A DNA stretch of 64,000 bases from assembly GCA_017617065.1 (NCBI GenBank), contig JAFZWP010000022.1, forward strand, positions 22,931 to 86,930. The letters run 5' to 3'. The notes beneath the pieces were generated by a model. It saw nothing but the letters and a program-made list of their open reading frames with translations. It was not told the DNA's origin and made no database searches. The position numbers and the translations under genes are program-made. This document shows positions 18,586 through 27,621 of the stretch, piece by piece (within the stretch, counting starts at the first letter, position 1; every line of letters begins with the position of its first letter). This DNA is from Bacilli bacterium (GTDB lineage Bacteria > Bacillota_I > Bacilli_A > ML615J-28 > CAG-698).

Positions 18586-19053
18586 CTATATTGATTTATA
18601 AAATAACTGATCAACTGTTTCAAATATTGTTTTATAATCGCCTATTTTTATAAAGCCATATTTTTCATATAATCCTTTTTCGCTACTCATAAGATAAATG
18701 TTTTTAAAGCCAAGTAACTTCGCATAAGTACTTGCTGAATCAATCATTTTTTCTGAGATACGATGCCCACGGTGTTGCTCATCTACAAACACGAATCCAA
18801 TAAATGGTGATAGATTATGCTCTACTGGCAATTCATCATCTTTAGTAAATGTACAATATCCAACTATTTCATTATCAATCGTTGCAACAACTACTCGTTC
18901 CCACTCAAGGAAATCCTTAGCTTTCATCTTATTTGCTAGAAATGGCCCTGCACTCCAAGAACTGTTGTTTGCAAAATCAATTGCTTTTTGCCAAAAAGGA
19001 TGATCTTTATTTAATAACAATAAATCTAGAGAGTGAATATTGTTTATTCCCAT
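18586..19053 (-). CDS. GNAT family N-acetyltransferase
   Basis: 155 aa with the motif HRGHRISEKMIDSASTYAKLLGF...LYEKYGF. It overlaps guaA by 10 nt. Confidence 0.7.
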   Translation of the reverse strand: MGINNIHSLDLLLLNKDHPFWQKAIDFANNSSWSAGPFLANKMKAKDFLEWERVVVATIDNEIVGYCTFTKDDELPVEHNLSPFIGFVFVDEQHRGHRISEKMIDSASTYAKLLGFKNIYLMSSEKGLYEKYGFIKIGDYKTIFETVDQLFYKSI

Positions 19054-20021
19054 TCAATAGTACCAGTTGGTTTTGGTGTAATATCTACTAATACTCTATT
19101 TACGCCTTTTACTTCATTTAAGATACGGTCGCGAATCTTAAATAGAATATCATAAGGTATTTCTTCTACTGTAGCGCTAGTAGCATCAACTGAGTTGACT
19201 GCTCTAATGACTACAAAGTATTCATAAGTTCTTTGGTTATTGTTAATACCAGTTGAACGATAATCAGGAACGATTGTGAAATATTGCCATACTTTTTTAG
19301 CTAGGCCACATTTAGCAAATTCTTCTCTTAAGATAGCATCGCTTTCACGAACTAATTCTAGTCTATCTCTAGTGATAGCTCCAGGGCATCTTACACCAAG
19401 TCCTGGGCCTGGGAACGGTTGTCTATAAACCATTTCTGGTTTTAAGCCTAAAGCAAGACCAACAAGTCTTACTTCATCTTTGTATAAGAATTTAACAGGT
19501 TCTACAAGTTCAAAATGTAAATCTTCAGGAAGTCCACCAACATTATGATGTGCTTTAATTCCATGAGATTCTAAAATATCAGGATAAATTGTTCCTTGAG
19601 CCAAGAATTTAATATCGTCTAGTTTTCTAGCTTCTTCTGCAAACACATCGATGAATTCTTTTCCTATAACTTTACGTTTTGCTTCAGGATCAGCAACTCC
19701 AGCAAGTTTATCTAAGAATCTATCAACAGCATCTACATAAATTAGTGTAGCACCTAATTCATCTTGAAATGTTTTAATAACTTGTTTACTTTCATCTTTT
19801 CTAAGCAAGCCATGATTTACATGCACGCAAACTAAGTTTTTACCAATGGCTTTTATAAGTAGAGCTGCTGTTACGCTTGAATCTACACCACCTGATAAAG
19901 CAAGTAGCACTTTATTGTTGCCAATTTGCGCTTTTAATTCTTTTACGCTTTCTTCTACGAACGCCTTTGCTTGTTCACTACTGACAATTCGTTTTAATGA
20001 TTCTGGTCTAACATTATCCAT
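19044..20021 (-). CDS. guaA: GMP synthase ATP-pyrophosphatase/dimerisation part only (no GATase domain)
   Basis: PP-loop LALSGGVDSSV, DPEAKRKVIGKEF, and a C-terminal VLVDITPKPTGTIEWE. At 325 aa, it begins right at the ATP-PPase domain. Confidence 0.85.
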   Translation of the reverse strand: MDNVRPESLKRIVSSEQAKAFVEESVKELKAQIGNNKVLLALSGGVDSSVTAALLIKAIGKNLVCVHVNHGLLRKDESKQVIKTFQDELGATLIYVDAVDRFLDKLAGVADPEAKRKVIGKEFIDVFAEEARKLDDIKFLAQGTIYPDILESHGIKAHHNVGGLPEDLHFELVEPVKFLYKDEVRLVGLALGLKPEMVYRQPFPGPGLGVRCPGAITRDRLELVRESDAILREEFAKCGLAKKVWQYFTIVPDYRSTGINNNQRTYEYFVVIRAVNSVDATSATVEEIPYDILFKIRDRILNEVKGVNRVLVDITPKPTGTIEWE

Positions 20022-20023
20022 AT

Positions 20024-20983
20024 TTATCGATCCTCTCTGTAATAATTTACACCAAGTGCTTTCGGTGGTTGCGAATTCTTAGCATCTAAAATCGAAGTAA
20101 CAACCAAAACGATTACTGTAATTACATATGGTAAAATTGCAAATAATTTTTTTTGAATGACAGGAATATTTAGGTAAATTGGCAAAATTGATAAAGCACC
20201 AAAAATGATTGATCCAAAAATGCCATATACCGGCTTCCACATAGAAAATATAACTAAAGCCACTGCTAACCAGCCGAACGCCTCAATTGTCGCTTCTACA
20301 AAAGTAGTCCCACCACTGACATTAAATACATAGTAAGCCCCACCAAGTCCTGCTATAGCAGATCCAGCAATAATTGCTAAATATTTATATAAAAGGACAT
20401 TTACGCCTTGGCTATCAGCAGTTTGAGGTGACTCACCAATTGCTCTTAAGAATAGGCCTTTTCTTGTCTTATTTAAAAACAAGCCTGCAAGAACTGCTAG
20501 GGCAATTGATAAATATGTTAAGAAACTATATGACAAGAATATTTCCCCAAACCAACCTAAATTTGATGCGTTTGGAAAAATAGCACCAACATTTCTACTA
20601 GCAAGTGTAAGATTATCGTTACCTATTTTAGAACCTACAAAACGCATAAAGCCAACGCCAAACATTGTAAGTACTAATCCAGTTACATTTTGGTTGGCTT
20701 GAAATGTTACCGTTAAAGTAGCATAAATGAGCCCCCCTATAACAGCAAATATGATAGAAAATAGTATTATCATGATTAATAAGACAACACCTACTACACT
20801 ATCTACACCAAATAAAGCAAAATAGATTCTACTTCCAATTACTCCGCCAAGAGCGCCTAAGCTCATAATACCAGGAATACCTAGATTTAGGTTTCCGCCT
20901 TTTTCAATAACTATTTCGCCAGTACAGCCGAATAGATATACAACACCCATTGAAATTGAAAGAACAATGAAACTAGTAAGCAT
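20024..20983 (-). CDS. ABC transporter permease (BMP/nucleoside-type importer)
   Basis: 319-aa polytopic protein. It is the second of two permeases downstream of a double-cassette ATPase and a BMP lipoprotein. Confidence 0.8.
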   Translation of the reverse strand: MLTSFIVLSISMGVVYLFGCTGEIVIEKGGNLNLGIPGIMSLGALGGVIGSRIYFALFGVDSVVGVVLLIMIILFSIIFAVIGGLIYATLTVTFQANQNVTGLVLTMFGVGFMRFVGSKIGNDNLTLASRNVGAIFPNASNLGWFGEIFLSYSFLTYLSIALAVLAGLFLNKTRKGLFLRAIGESPQTADSQGVNVLLYKYLAIIAGSAIAGLGGAYYVFNVSGGTTFVEATIEAFGWLAVALVIFSMWKPVYGIFGSIIFGALSILPIYLNIPVIQKKLFAILPYVITVIVLVVTSILDAKNSQPPKALGVNYYREDR

Positions 20984-20985
20984 TA

Positions 20986-22131
20986 CTATTTTTCCTCCTC
21001 TTTCTTGTTATTCTTCCTAAAGAAATCTAAATTAATCTTAAAATGATAGCGAATAAAGAATTCACTGAGTAAGATTGAGAAGAATATAATACCTATCAAA
21101 ACATTTGATAAATCGTTTGAACCCAGCCTAAATACACTTGATACTTTTGATGTACCATTTGTTAAGAAAGCTAAGAAGAATGATACAAGTGCCATAACAA
21201 ATGGATTAAAGTTTGATAACCAAGCTACTAGTATTCCAGTAAATCCTAAAGATCCACAAGTATTAGGACTAACTGAATAGTTGATAGCTGAAGTATATAA
21301 AAATCCTATAATTCCACACATAGCTCCAGATAATATTAGGGTTCTTATAATTATCCATTTTGTATTCATTCCTACATATTTAGCAGTATTAATGCTATCG
21401 CCCACAACATTTACTTCATAACCATGTTTAGTCTTAGACATATAAAACCAAATAAAGAATGTAATTAAAATTACAACTAAAATTGGTAAAAAGTATTGGT
21501 TAAATACTGGTGGTAACCAACCAGCTTTTGATGAAGCATTGATGATTCCAGGAGCTTCTTGCTTACCTTTTGCTAAGGAATAATTAACATAGCTTACAAG
21601 CCCTGCTGCTATATAGTTAGTCATTAAAGTAAACAAAGTCTCATTTGTTTTAAAGAACACTTTAAATATTGCGGGGATGACGGCAAAGATAATACTTGAT
21701 GCTACACTTACTACAAACATTAAAGCGATTAACAAGAAATTATTAAGTCCACTTTGCGATGCCCACGTTCCTAAATAAAACATCAGAATAACACTCATTA
21801 ATGCTCCAATCAAAACTTGACCATTTGCTCCCATGTTCCAATATTTCATTTTGAAAGGAGGTAGTATAGCAATACCAAATGCAAGTAGTATTGCTGTATC
21901 ACGAAGCAGCTTCCAAGGGTTAATAAATGCACCAGTAAATAATGTGCCAATAACGCTAAAGATGTTTTCTTTGATGATTAAACTTGAAAGAATCATCGCA
22001 AATAAGAATGAAGCAAGAATTGCAATTACACGAATTAAGTTAGCTTTCCATTTAGGTAAATCATTTCTCCTAATAATGGAAAACAATTCTTTATGATGAC
22101 GTTTATTTTTTAATGTATCAGTGTTTTCCAT
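20986..22131 (-). CDS. ABC transporter permease (BMP/nucleoside-type importer)
   Basis: Polytopic protein. The start is set at the ATG one nt after the ATPase stop; the track start at 22143 is a GTG inside the upstream gene. Confidence 0.8.
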   Translation of the reverse strand: MENTDTLKNKRHHKELFSIIRRNDLPKWKANLIRVIAILASFLFAMILSSLIIKENIFSVIGTLFTGAFINPWKLLRDTAILLAFGIAILPPFKMKYWNMGANGQVLIGALMSVILMFYLGTWASQSGLNNFLLIALMFVVSVASSIIFAVIPAIFKVFFKTNETLFTLMTNYIAAGLVSYVNYSLAKGKQEAPGIINASSKAGWLPPVFNQYFLPILVVILITFFIWFYMSKTKHGYEVNVVGDSINTAKYVGMNTKWIIIRTLILSGAMCGIIGFLYTSAINYSVSPNTCGSLGFTGILVAWLSNFNPFVMALVSFFLAFLTNGTSKVSSVFRLGSNDLSNVLIGIIFFSILLSEFFIRYHFKINLDFFRKNNKKEEEK

Positions 22132-22132
22132 A

Positions 22133-23731
22133 TTATTTACCACCCTTTACATCTTTGATTAATTTACGCCATTGTTTTTCTGTTAAATAGCTATCTGAGG
22201 CAATTCCCCAATTTTTGTCTGGTTCTTCTTTCAACAAGTTCTTTCCACCAGTCATCATTAATCCTATTTCTTCTTTAGTTGTATCTTTTGTATGAACTAC
22301 GCCCATACATCTACCTTCATATAAAACCATGATCTTATCGCAGAAAGTCATTAAAACATCTAAGTCTTCGCCGATAAATAAAATAGCAGTATATTTTTCT
22401 TTTTCTGAATTAATTACATCATATACCATATATGATGAGTTAATATCTAAGCCTCTAACCGGATATGCTGTGATTAATACATTCGGGTTAGAACCAATTT
22501 CACGCCCAAGTAAAATCTTTTGGACATTTCCACCACTTAAATTTTTAACTGGTGTTTCGGTTCCTGGTGTTACTACATTGTATCTTTTGATTAATTCCTC
22601 GGCTTCTTTTCTAGCGCTTGCACGATCTACTAATATACCTTTATTGTTTTTATAAGTTTTAAGTAATAAATTATCAGTGATTGATAGATGAGGAGCAAGA
22701 CCTAAACCTAAGCGGTCTTCAGGAATAAAACTCATAATTATGCCTAAGTCTTTAATATGTTCTCTACTATACCCTACAATCGATTCACCACGATGGGTAA
22801 TAACACCTTTATAAGGGCGAAGCCCTACTATTGCTTCACACAATTCTTTTTGTCCACAACCAGCAATACCAGCTACGCCTAAAATTTGACCGCCACGCAA
22901 AAAGAAATCAAGGTTTTCAATAGCAATAGTCCCATCATCTTTTAATACATTTAGTCCCCTTACTTCTAGAGTAGGACTACTTGCTTTAATACGCAAACGT
23001 TCAAGTTTTAAATCAACTTTTTTACCGACCATATATTCAGTTAATTCTCTTTCATTAGTCTCGCTTGTGTTAAGAGTAGTGATATATTCCCCTTTTCTTA
23101 AAATCGAAACACGATCAGAAAGCGACATAACTTCATTTAATTTATGCGTAATAATAATGATTGATTTTCCATCATCACGCATATGACGTAATATATTGAA
23201 TAATTTATCTGTCTCTTGAGGAGTAAGCACTGCTGTAGGCTCATCTAAGATTAAAATATCAGCATTACGATATAATACTTTAATGATCTCTACTGTTTGC
23301 TTTTCCGAAACAGACATATCATGAATTTTCTTATTTAAATTAACATCAAAGCCATAACGAGAAGCAATATCTAGTGCTTTTCTAGTTGCTTCTTTTAATG
23401 ATGCTTTTTCTTTTAAACCAAGAATAATATTTTCTGTACCTGTAAATATATCTACAAGTTTAAAATGCTGGTGCACCATACCGATACCAAGATCGATAGC
23501 ATCCTTAGGCGAATGGATGCTTACTTGTTCACCATTAATATAAATTTCACCTGTATCAGGTTGATAAATACCCGATAATACGTTCATAAGTGTAGTTTTA
23601 CCACTACCATTTTCTCCCAAAATCGAAAGAATTTCGCCTTGATATAATGTAATATTTACATTAGCGTTGGCAATTTTACCATTAAATTGTTTGGAAATGT
23701 TTTTTAGTTCGACCATTGCTTTCTTTTCCAT
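22133..23731 (-). CDS. ABC transporter ATP-binding protein, two fused cassettes
   Basis: Walker A GENGSGKTT, signature LSGGNVQK, 532 aa. Confidence 0.9.
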   Translation of the reverse strand: MEKKAMVELKNISKQFNGKIANANVNITLYQGEILSILGENGSGKTTLMNVLSGIYQPDTGEIYINGEQVSIHSPKDAIDLGIGMVHQHFKLVDIFTGTENIILGLKEKASLKEATRKALDIASRYGFDVNLNKKIHDMSVSEKQTVEIIKVLYRNADILILDEPTAVLTPQETDKLFNILRHMRDDGKSIIIITHKLNEVMSLSDRVSILRKGEYITTLNTSETNERELTEYMVGKKVDLKLERLRIKASSPTLEVRGLNVLKDDGTIAIENLDFFLRGGQILGVAGIAGCGQKELCEAIVGLRPYKGVITHRGESIVGYSREHIKDLGIIMSFIPEDRLGLGLAPHLSITDNLLLKTYKNNKGILVDRASARKEAEELIKRYNVVTPGTETPVKNLSGGNVQKILLGREIGSNPNVLITAYPVRGLDINSSYMVYDVINSEKEKYTAILFIGEDLDVLMTFCDKIMVLYEGRCMGVVHTKDTTKEEIGLMMTGGKNLLKEEPDKNWGIASDSYLTEKQWRKLIKDVKGGK

Positions 23732-23813
23732 ATCAAGGCCCTCCTTTATTTAAACAAGATAAGGCGGAAAAAGATTTCCGCCTTATTTATTTTTATATAC
23801 CTTTTTATCTAAA

Positions 23814-25058
23814 TTATTTTAATTCATCAATTAGTACAACGCCATCGATAATTAAATCGAAGTATGGAGCACTACGATATTCTGATTCATGGAAGTATCC
23901 ATCATGGATTGCTTCTGTATCACCAGCATATGCTGGATCAGAATCAACATCTGCTAAATAAGATGTAACTTTATGAGTTACTGGATCAACTGTAGCATTG
24001 AAGTTATAGAATGTAGTAGTTCCATTGCCTCTTGTAGATACAGTAAATGTAGATGTATCAAATACATGTAATTCACCAGATTGAAGTTTAGCTTTTACTT
24101 CATCAAGTTTAGCTTGAGTAGTGCTTACTGCAGCTTTTGCTCCTGGAGCATCTAATTTAACTGAACCAGTTGCGATTGTTCCAGTATAATCTTTTTCAGA
24201 TACTTTTTCACCATTCATAGCAGCTTTGATCATCTTAACATAATATGGAGTCCAGTCAATCTTGCTAGATACAACATATGTATTAGGGCATTTGCCTTCT
24301 GTAGTTCCGTTATATGTTACATTTGGAACACCAGCAGCTTCACAAGCTTCAGGAGCACCATATGAGTCAGCATGTTGAGAAATTAATAAACAATGTCTAT
24401 CGATTAATTTTTGAGCAGCAGCTTTTTCAGCGTTGAAATCATACCAAGAGTTAGTATAAGTAACTTCCATTGTTGCTAGAGGTACGATTGAACGAACGCC
24501 TAAATAGAATGAAGTATAACCAGAAATAACTTCTGCGTATGGGAATGCAGCAACATAACCGATCTTTGGATCAGCTGTAGGGTTAGCAGCTAATAATTCT
24601 TGTAATTTCAAACCAGCAGCAACGCCTGCTAAATATCTACCTTCATAAATTGCTGCGAAAGCATTGAAGTAATTATCTAATTTTTCAGTATGAGCTTTTG
24701 TACCAGTTGCATGGCAGAACATAACTTCTGGTTTTTCTTTAGCAGCTTGAATCATAAAGTCTTCGTGACCAAATGAGTCAGCAAATACAACTTTACAAGT
24801 AGCAGCAAGTTCTACAGCCTTTTCATAGCATTCATTTCCTTCAGGAACACCAGTAACTAATTCTAATTGGCTCTTCTTAAGACCGCATTCTTCTAATGCA
24901 CGATACATAGATTCAATAAAGTTGTTATCATAAGTTGATGATTCATCATGTAAGCAGATTAGACCAACTTTGAATTTATTGCTTTGACAAGCAGTTAATG
25001 CAAACACTGTACATACACACATTACTAAAACTAAAACTAACTTAAAAAACTTTTTCAT
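23814..25058 (-). CDS. BMP-family (PnrA/Med-like) substrate-binding lipoprotein
   Basis: Lipobox VFALTAC followed by KVGLICLHDESSTYDNNF. It is in an operon with the ABC importer and xpt. Confidence 0.8.
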   Translation of the reverse strand: MKKFFKLVLVLVMCVCTVFALTACQSNKFKVGLICLHDESSTYDNNFIESMYRALEECGLKKSQLELVTGVPEGNECYEKAVELAATCKVVFADSFGHEDFMIQAAKEKPEVMFCHATGTKAHTEKLDNYFNAFAAIYEGRYLAGVAAGLKLQELLAANPTADPKIGYVAAFPYAEVISGYTSFYLGVRSIVPLATMEVTYTNSWYDFNAEKAAAQKLIDRHCLLISQHADSYGAPEACEAAGVPNVTYNGTTEGKCPNTYVVSSKIDWTPYYVKMIKAAMNGEKVSEKDYTGTIATGSVKLDAPGAKAAVSTTQAKLDEVKAKLQSGELHVFDTSTFTVSTRGNGTTTFYNFNATVDPVTHKVTSYLADVDSDPAYAGDTEAIHDGYFHESEYRSAPYFDLIIDGVVLIDELK

Positions 25059-25077
25059 TACCTCTTTTTAACCTCCA

Positions 25078-25644
25078 TTACTTAAAGATAATTTTGTTTT
25101 CTTTCATTTCTAAAATTGAAGCTAAGCTTTCCACACGAAAACCTTGTTTTCTAATTCTGTCGCCACCTTCTTGATAAACCTTTTCAATCTCGATGACGGC
25201 CCCAACAATACTCCCTTCACATTTCTTAACGATTTCAATTAAACCTTCTAAGGCATTACCCTTAGCTAAGAAATCATCCGCAATTAATACTTTATCATCT
25301 TTTGTGATATAGTCTTTAGTAATATAAATGGTATTAGTAGTCCCGTGAGTGTAAGAATCTACAATAGCAGTTACTACTTCACCTGATACGTTAGATGTTT
25401 TACTCTTTTTGGCAAACACAACTGGGCAATCAAACTCCATTCCGATTGCCGTAGCAAAAGGTAAGCCTGATGCTTCAATTGTTAAGACTTTAGTTACCTC
25501 TTCAGGAAATAACCTTTTCGTCTCTTTAGCCATATTTTTTAATAGTTTCGTATCAATTTGTTGATTAAGAAAACTACCAACTTTTAAAATATCGCCATCA
25601 AGAATTATTCCATCTTTTAAAATTCTTTCTTCTAATTCTTTCAT
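25078..25644 (-). CDS. xpt: xanthine phosphoribosyltransferase
   Basis: 188 aa with N-terminus MKELEERILKDGIILDGDILKVGSFLNQQID and PRTase loop VLIADDFLAKGNA. Confidence 0.88.
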   Translation of the reverse strand: MKELEERILKDGIILDGDILKVGSFLNQQIDTKLLKNMAKETKRLFPEEVTKVLTIEASGLPFATAIGMEFDCPVVFAKKSKTSNVSGEVVTAIVDSYTHGTTNTIYITKDYITKDDKVLIADDFLAKGNALEGLIEIVKKCEGSIVGAVIEIEKVYQEGGDRIRKQGFRVESLASILEMKENKIIFK

Positions 25645-25654
25645 AAATCCTTCC

Positions 25655-25688
25655 CAAAAACAAAAAAGCGATAGATTTCTCTACCGCT
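25655..25688 (-). terminator. riboswitch expression-platform terminator
   Basis: Minus-strand hairpin AGCGGTAGA-GAAA-TCTATCGCT followed by TTTTTTGTTTTT. It lies 10 nt before the xpt RBS. Its 5' arm CGGTAGA is complementary to the aptamer core TCTACCG. Confidence 0.8.
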
Positions 25689-25755
25689 AAAAACAAGAAT
25701 AACAAAATATGATATTAATTAATCCCTAAAAATTAGTATTATTAATATCCAGTTA

Positions 25756-25825
25756 TTCCAATAGTCGTGTTTTACGGCTACACGGTAGAAACGCCTTTGC
25801 CACTATATAAAGGTATATATTGGAA
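25756..25825 (-). promoter_or_regulatory. purine riboswitch aptamer, guanine/xanthine class (C at the specificity position)
   Basis: The minus strand reads TTCCAATA-TATACCTTTATATAGTGGCAAAGGC-GTTTCTACC-GTGTAGCCGTAAAACAC-GAC-TATTGGAA. This gives a P1 of 8 bp, the conserved UUUCUACC junction, the CCGUAAA L3, and GAC before the P1 3' arm. Confidence 0.85.
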
Positions 25826-25843
25826 TTATTTAGTTACACATAT

Positions 25844-25852
25844 ATTTTACCA
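25844..25852 (-). promoter_or_regulatory. extended -10 (TGGTAAAAT) promoter for the riboswitch-xpt operon
   Basis: Minus strand TTTGGTAAAATATATG, about 19 nt upstream of the aptamer P1. Confidence 0.5.
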
Positions 25853-25923
25853 AATATGGTTAAGAAAAAAATATGAAAATGGTTTCATGAAAAAGAAATT
25901 TTCATGAAAATGCTTGCAAATTT

Positions 25924-25960
25924 AAAAGATGCAATAAATTAATTATTGCATCTTTTTTTT
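25924..25960. terminator. hairpin terminator after the GH18 lipoprotein operon
   Basis: 11-bp stem AGATGCAATAA / TTATTGCATCT with a 5-nt loop. The T-run is on the plus side and TTT on the minus side. Confidence 0.6.
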
Positions 25961-25962
25961 AT

Positions 25963-27621
25963 CTATTTAACAGCCTCTACAACCATCTTTAACATCTCGT
26001 TGTTTGTAGAATCCATGCTTAAATCCCATGCCATAATACCACCGATTCCCTTATCTCTAATTAGTGAAGCTCTAGCAATTAATGCACGATCATTTTCAAA
26101 TGATAAAACAATATATTCACCATCTACTTTATTAGGTGTATATAAAACTGCCATTGCATCAGTAGTATCATAATATAGTTTGTAACCTGAATTATTTAAA
26201 TATGACTTAACAACATCTTTATAATCAATATCTTCTCTATTAGATGTCATAGTTTGACCGATACCATATTTAGAGCCTAGTTCACTAACTGTAAACTTAG
26301 TTGCTCTAAAAGTAATACCAACGATTATCTTTTTAGCTGTAGCACCAGCGGAAATGTAAGCTTCTACTGAAGAAGTTGTATCAGTTAATCCTTCATCGTA
26401 TCTTGCTTTTGATCCACTAGTTTTACTTGAAAAGTCATAAGTCATTAGATTCCAATAATTTAAATACTGATCAACATTCTTAACATCATAATATCTAGTA
26501 CCACTAGCAACTGCTGCTGTTAATAATAACTTTGGATTGATTTCATTTAAAGCAGCTCTTAATTCTTTACATAAAGCAGTGAAATTTGCTTTATCTTTTG
26601 ATGTATAAGCAATACCAGCTGATTGACCACTTGTTGGGTATTCCCAATCAAGGTCAACACCATCATAGCCATACTTTTGAACTGCTTCGATGATTGATGC
26701 AATAAATGTTGCTCTAGTTTCTTCACTTGCACATGATTGACTAAAGCCATCAGCACCCCATCCACCGATTGACATACATACTCTAATACCATAACTATGA
26801 GCTCTTGTGATATCAGAAGCAGTTCTATCAATATCAGTTGTATCTACTTTAAATGTATTTTTATTAATCAATGCAAATGCATGATTGATTATATCTACAT
26901 ATTGTAATTCATAAGGAGTATATGTGTGCATTCCGTGATATGCATACATCATAACTATCTTACCAGGAGTTAGAGTCTTCATTTGGATATCATTGATATT
27001 ACCGACTGTTATTTCTTTTGTCCAAGTATCAATAGTTCTACCAAAACTAATCTTAGCTGTAAGTGTTACTTTTACATCTTCTTCTTGACGGTTATATAAA
27101 CCATTTACAGAAAAGACTTGAGGATTAGATGAACTCCATGTAATTGTACATGAAGCATATGATGAAGGTAAGCTAATTACGCCTTTAACTTCATAACCAT
27201 CTGGGAATAAATAATCTAAATATGTTTTAGTTTCATTGATATTAGCTAAATCGCTACGATTATCATATCCTTTTTTTGACCAAGTAGCACTAACTGATGA
27301 ATCTAGCTTAGATGTAGCTGTGATTGTAAAATCACCACTACCTACAATTCTAACAAGTCCATTAGCATCTACTCTAGCTATATTTGAATCACTACTTTTC
27401 CAATTTACATCGTAACTTGCATCATATGGTTCCACATCCACAGCAAGTTGGATTTCTTCTCCATAATAATAAGTATTATTAGTTCTAACTTTATCAGTAT
27501 ATACTTCAATTGATGTTGGAGGTATAGTGCTTTCTTGTGGCTTATCTTCTTCACAACCAACAATTATAAAACAAACTAATGCTAATAAACATATGATCAT
27601 CAATTTTATATATTTACTCAT
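25963..27621 (-). CDS. surface lipoprotein with Ig-like (Big_2-type) domains and a GH18 chitinase/endo-beta-N-acetylglucosaminidase-like domain
   Basis: Lipobox FIIVGC, Big_2-like WKSSDSNIARVDANGLVRIVGSGDFTITA, GH18 motifs SIGGWGADGFS and catalytic DGVDLDWEYP. Confidence 0.8.
   Translation of the reverse strand: MSKYIKLMIICLLALVCFIIVGCEEDKPQESTIPPTSIEVYTDKVRTNNTYYYGEEIQLAVDVEPYDASYDVNWKSSDSNIARVDANGLVRIVGSGDFTITATSKLDSSVSATWSKKGYDNRSDLANINETKTYLDYLFPDGYEVKGVISLPSSYASCTITWSSSNPQVFSVNGLYNRQEEDVKVTLTAKISFGRTIDTWTKEITVGNINDIQMKTLTPGKIVMMYAYHGMHTYTPYELQYVDIINHAFALINKNTFKVDTTDIDRTASDITRAHSYGIRVCMSIGGWGADGFSQSCASEETRATFIASIIEAVQKYGYDGVDLDWEYPTSGQSAGIAYTSKDKANFTALCKELRAALNEINPKLLLTAAVASGTRYYDVKNVDQYLNYWNLMTYDFSSKTSGSKARYDEGLTDTTSSVEAYISAGATAKKIIVGITFRATKFTVSELGSKYGIGQTMTSNREDIDYKDVVKSYLNNSGYKLYYDTTDAMAVLYTPNKVDGEYIVLSFENDRALIARASLIRDKGIGGIMAWDLSMDSTNNEMLKMVVEAVK

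Noticed and set aside
23758-23785. Hairpin ATAAGGCGGAAA...TTCCGCCTTAT between the BMP lipoprotein gene and the ABC ATPase gene, considered as an operon boundary.
   Set aside because: On the transcribed (minus) strand it is not followed by a U-run. It more likely stabilises the binding-protein mRNA segment or gives partial attenuation, so the operon call is kept.
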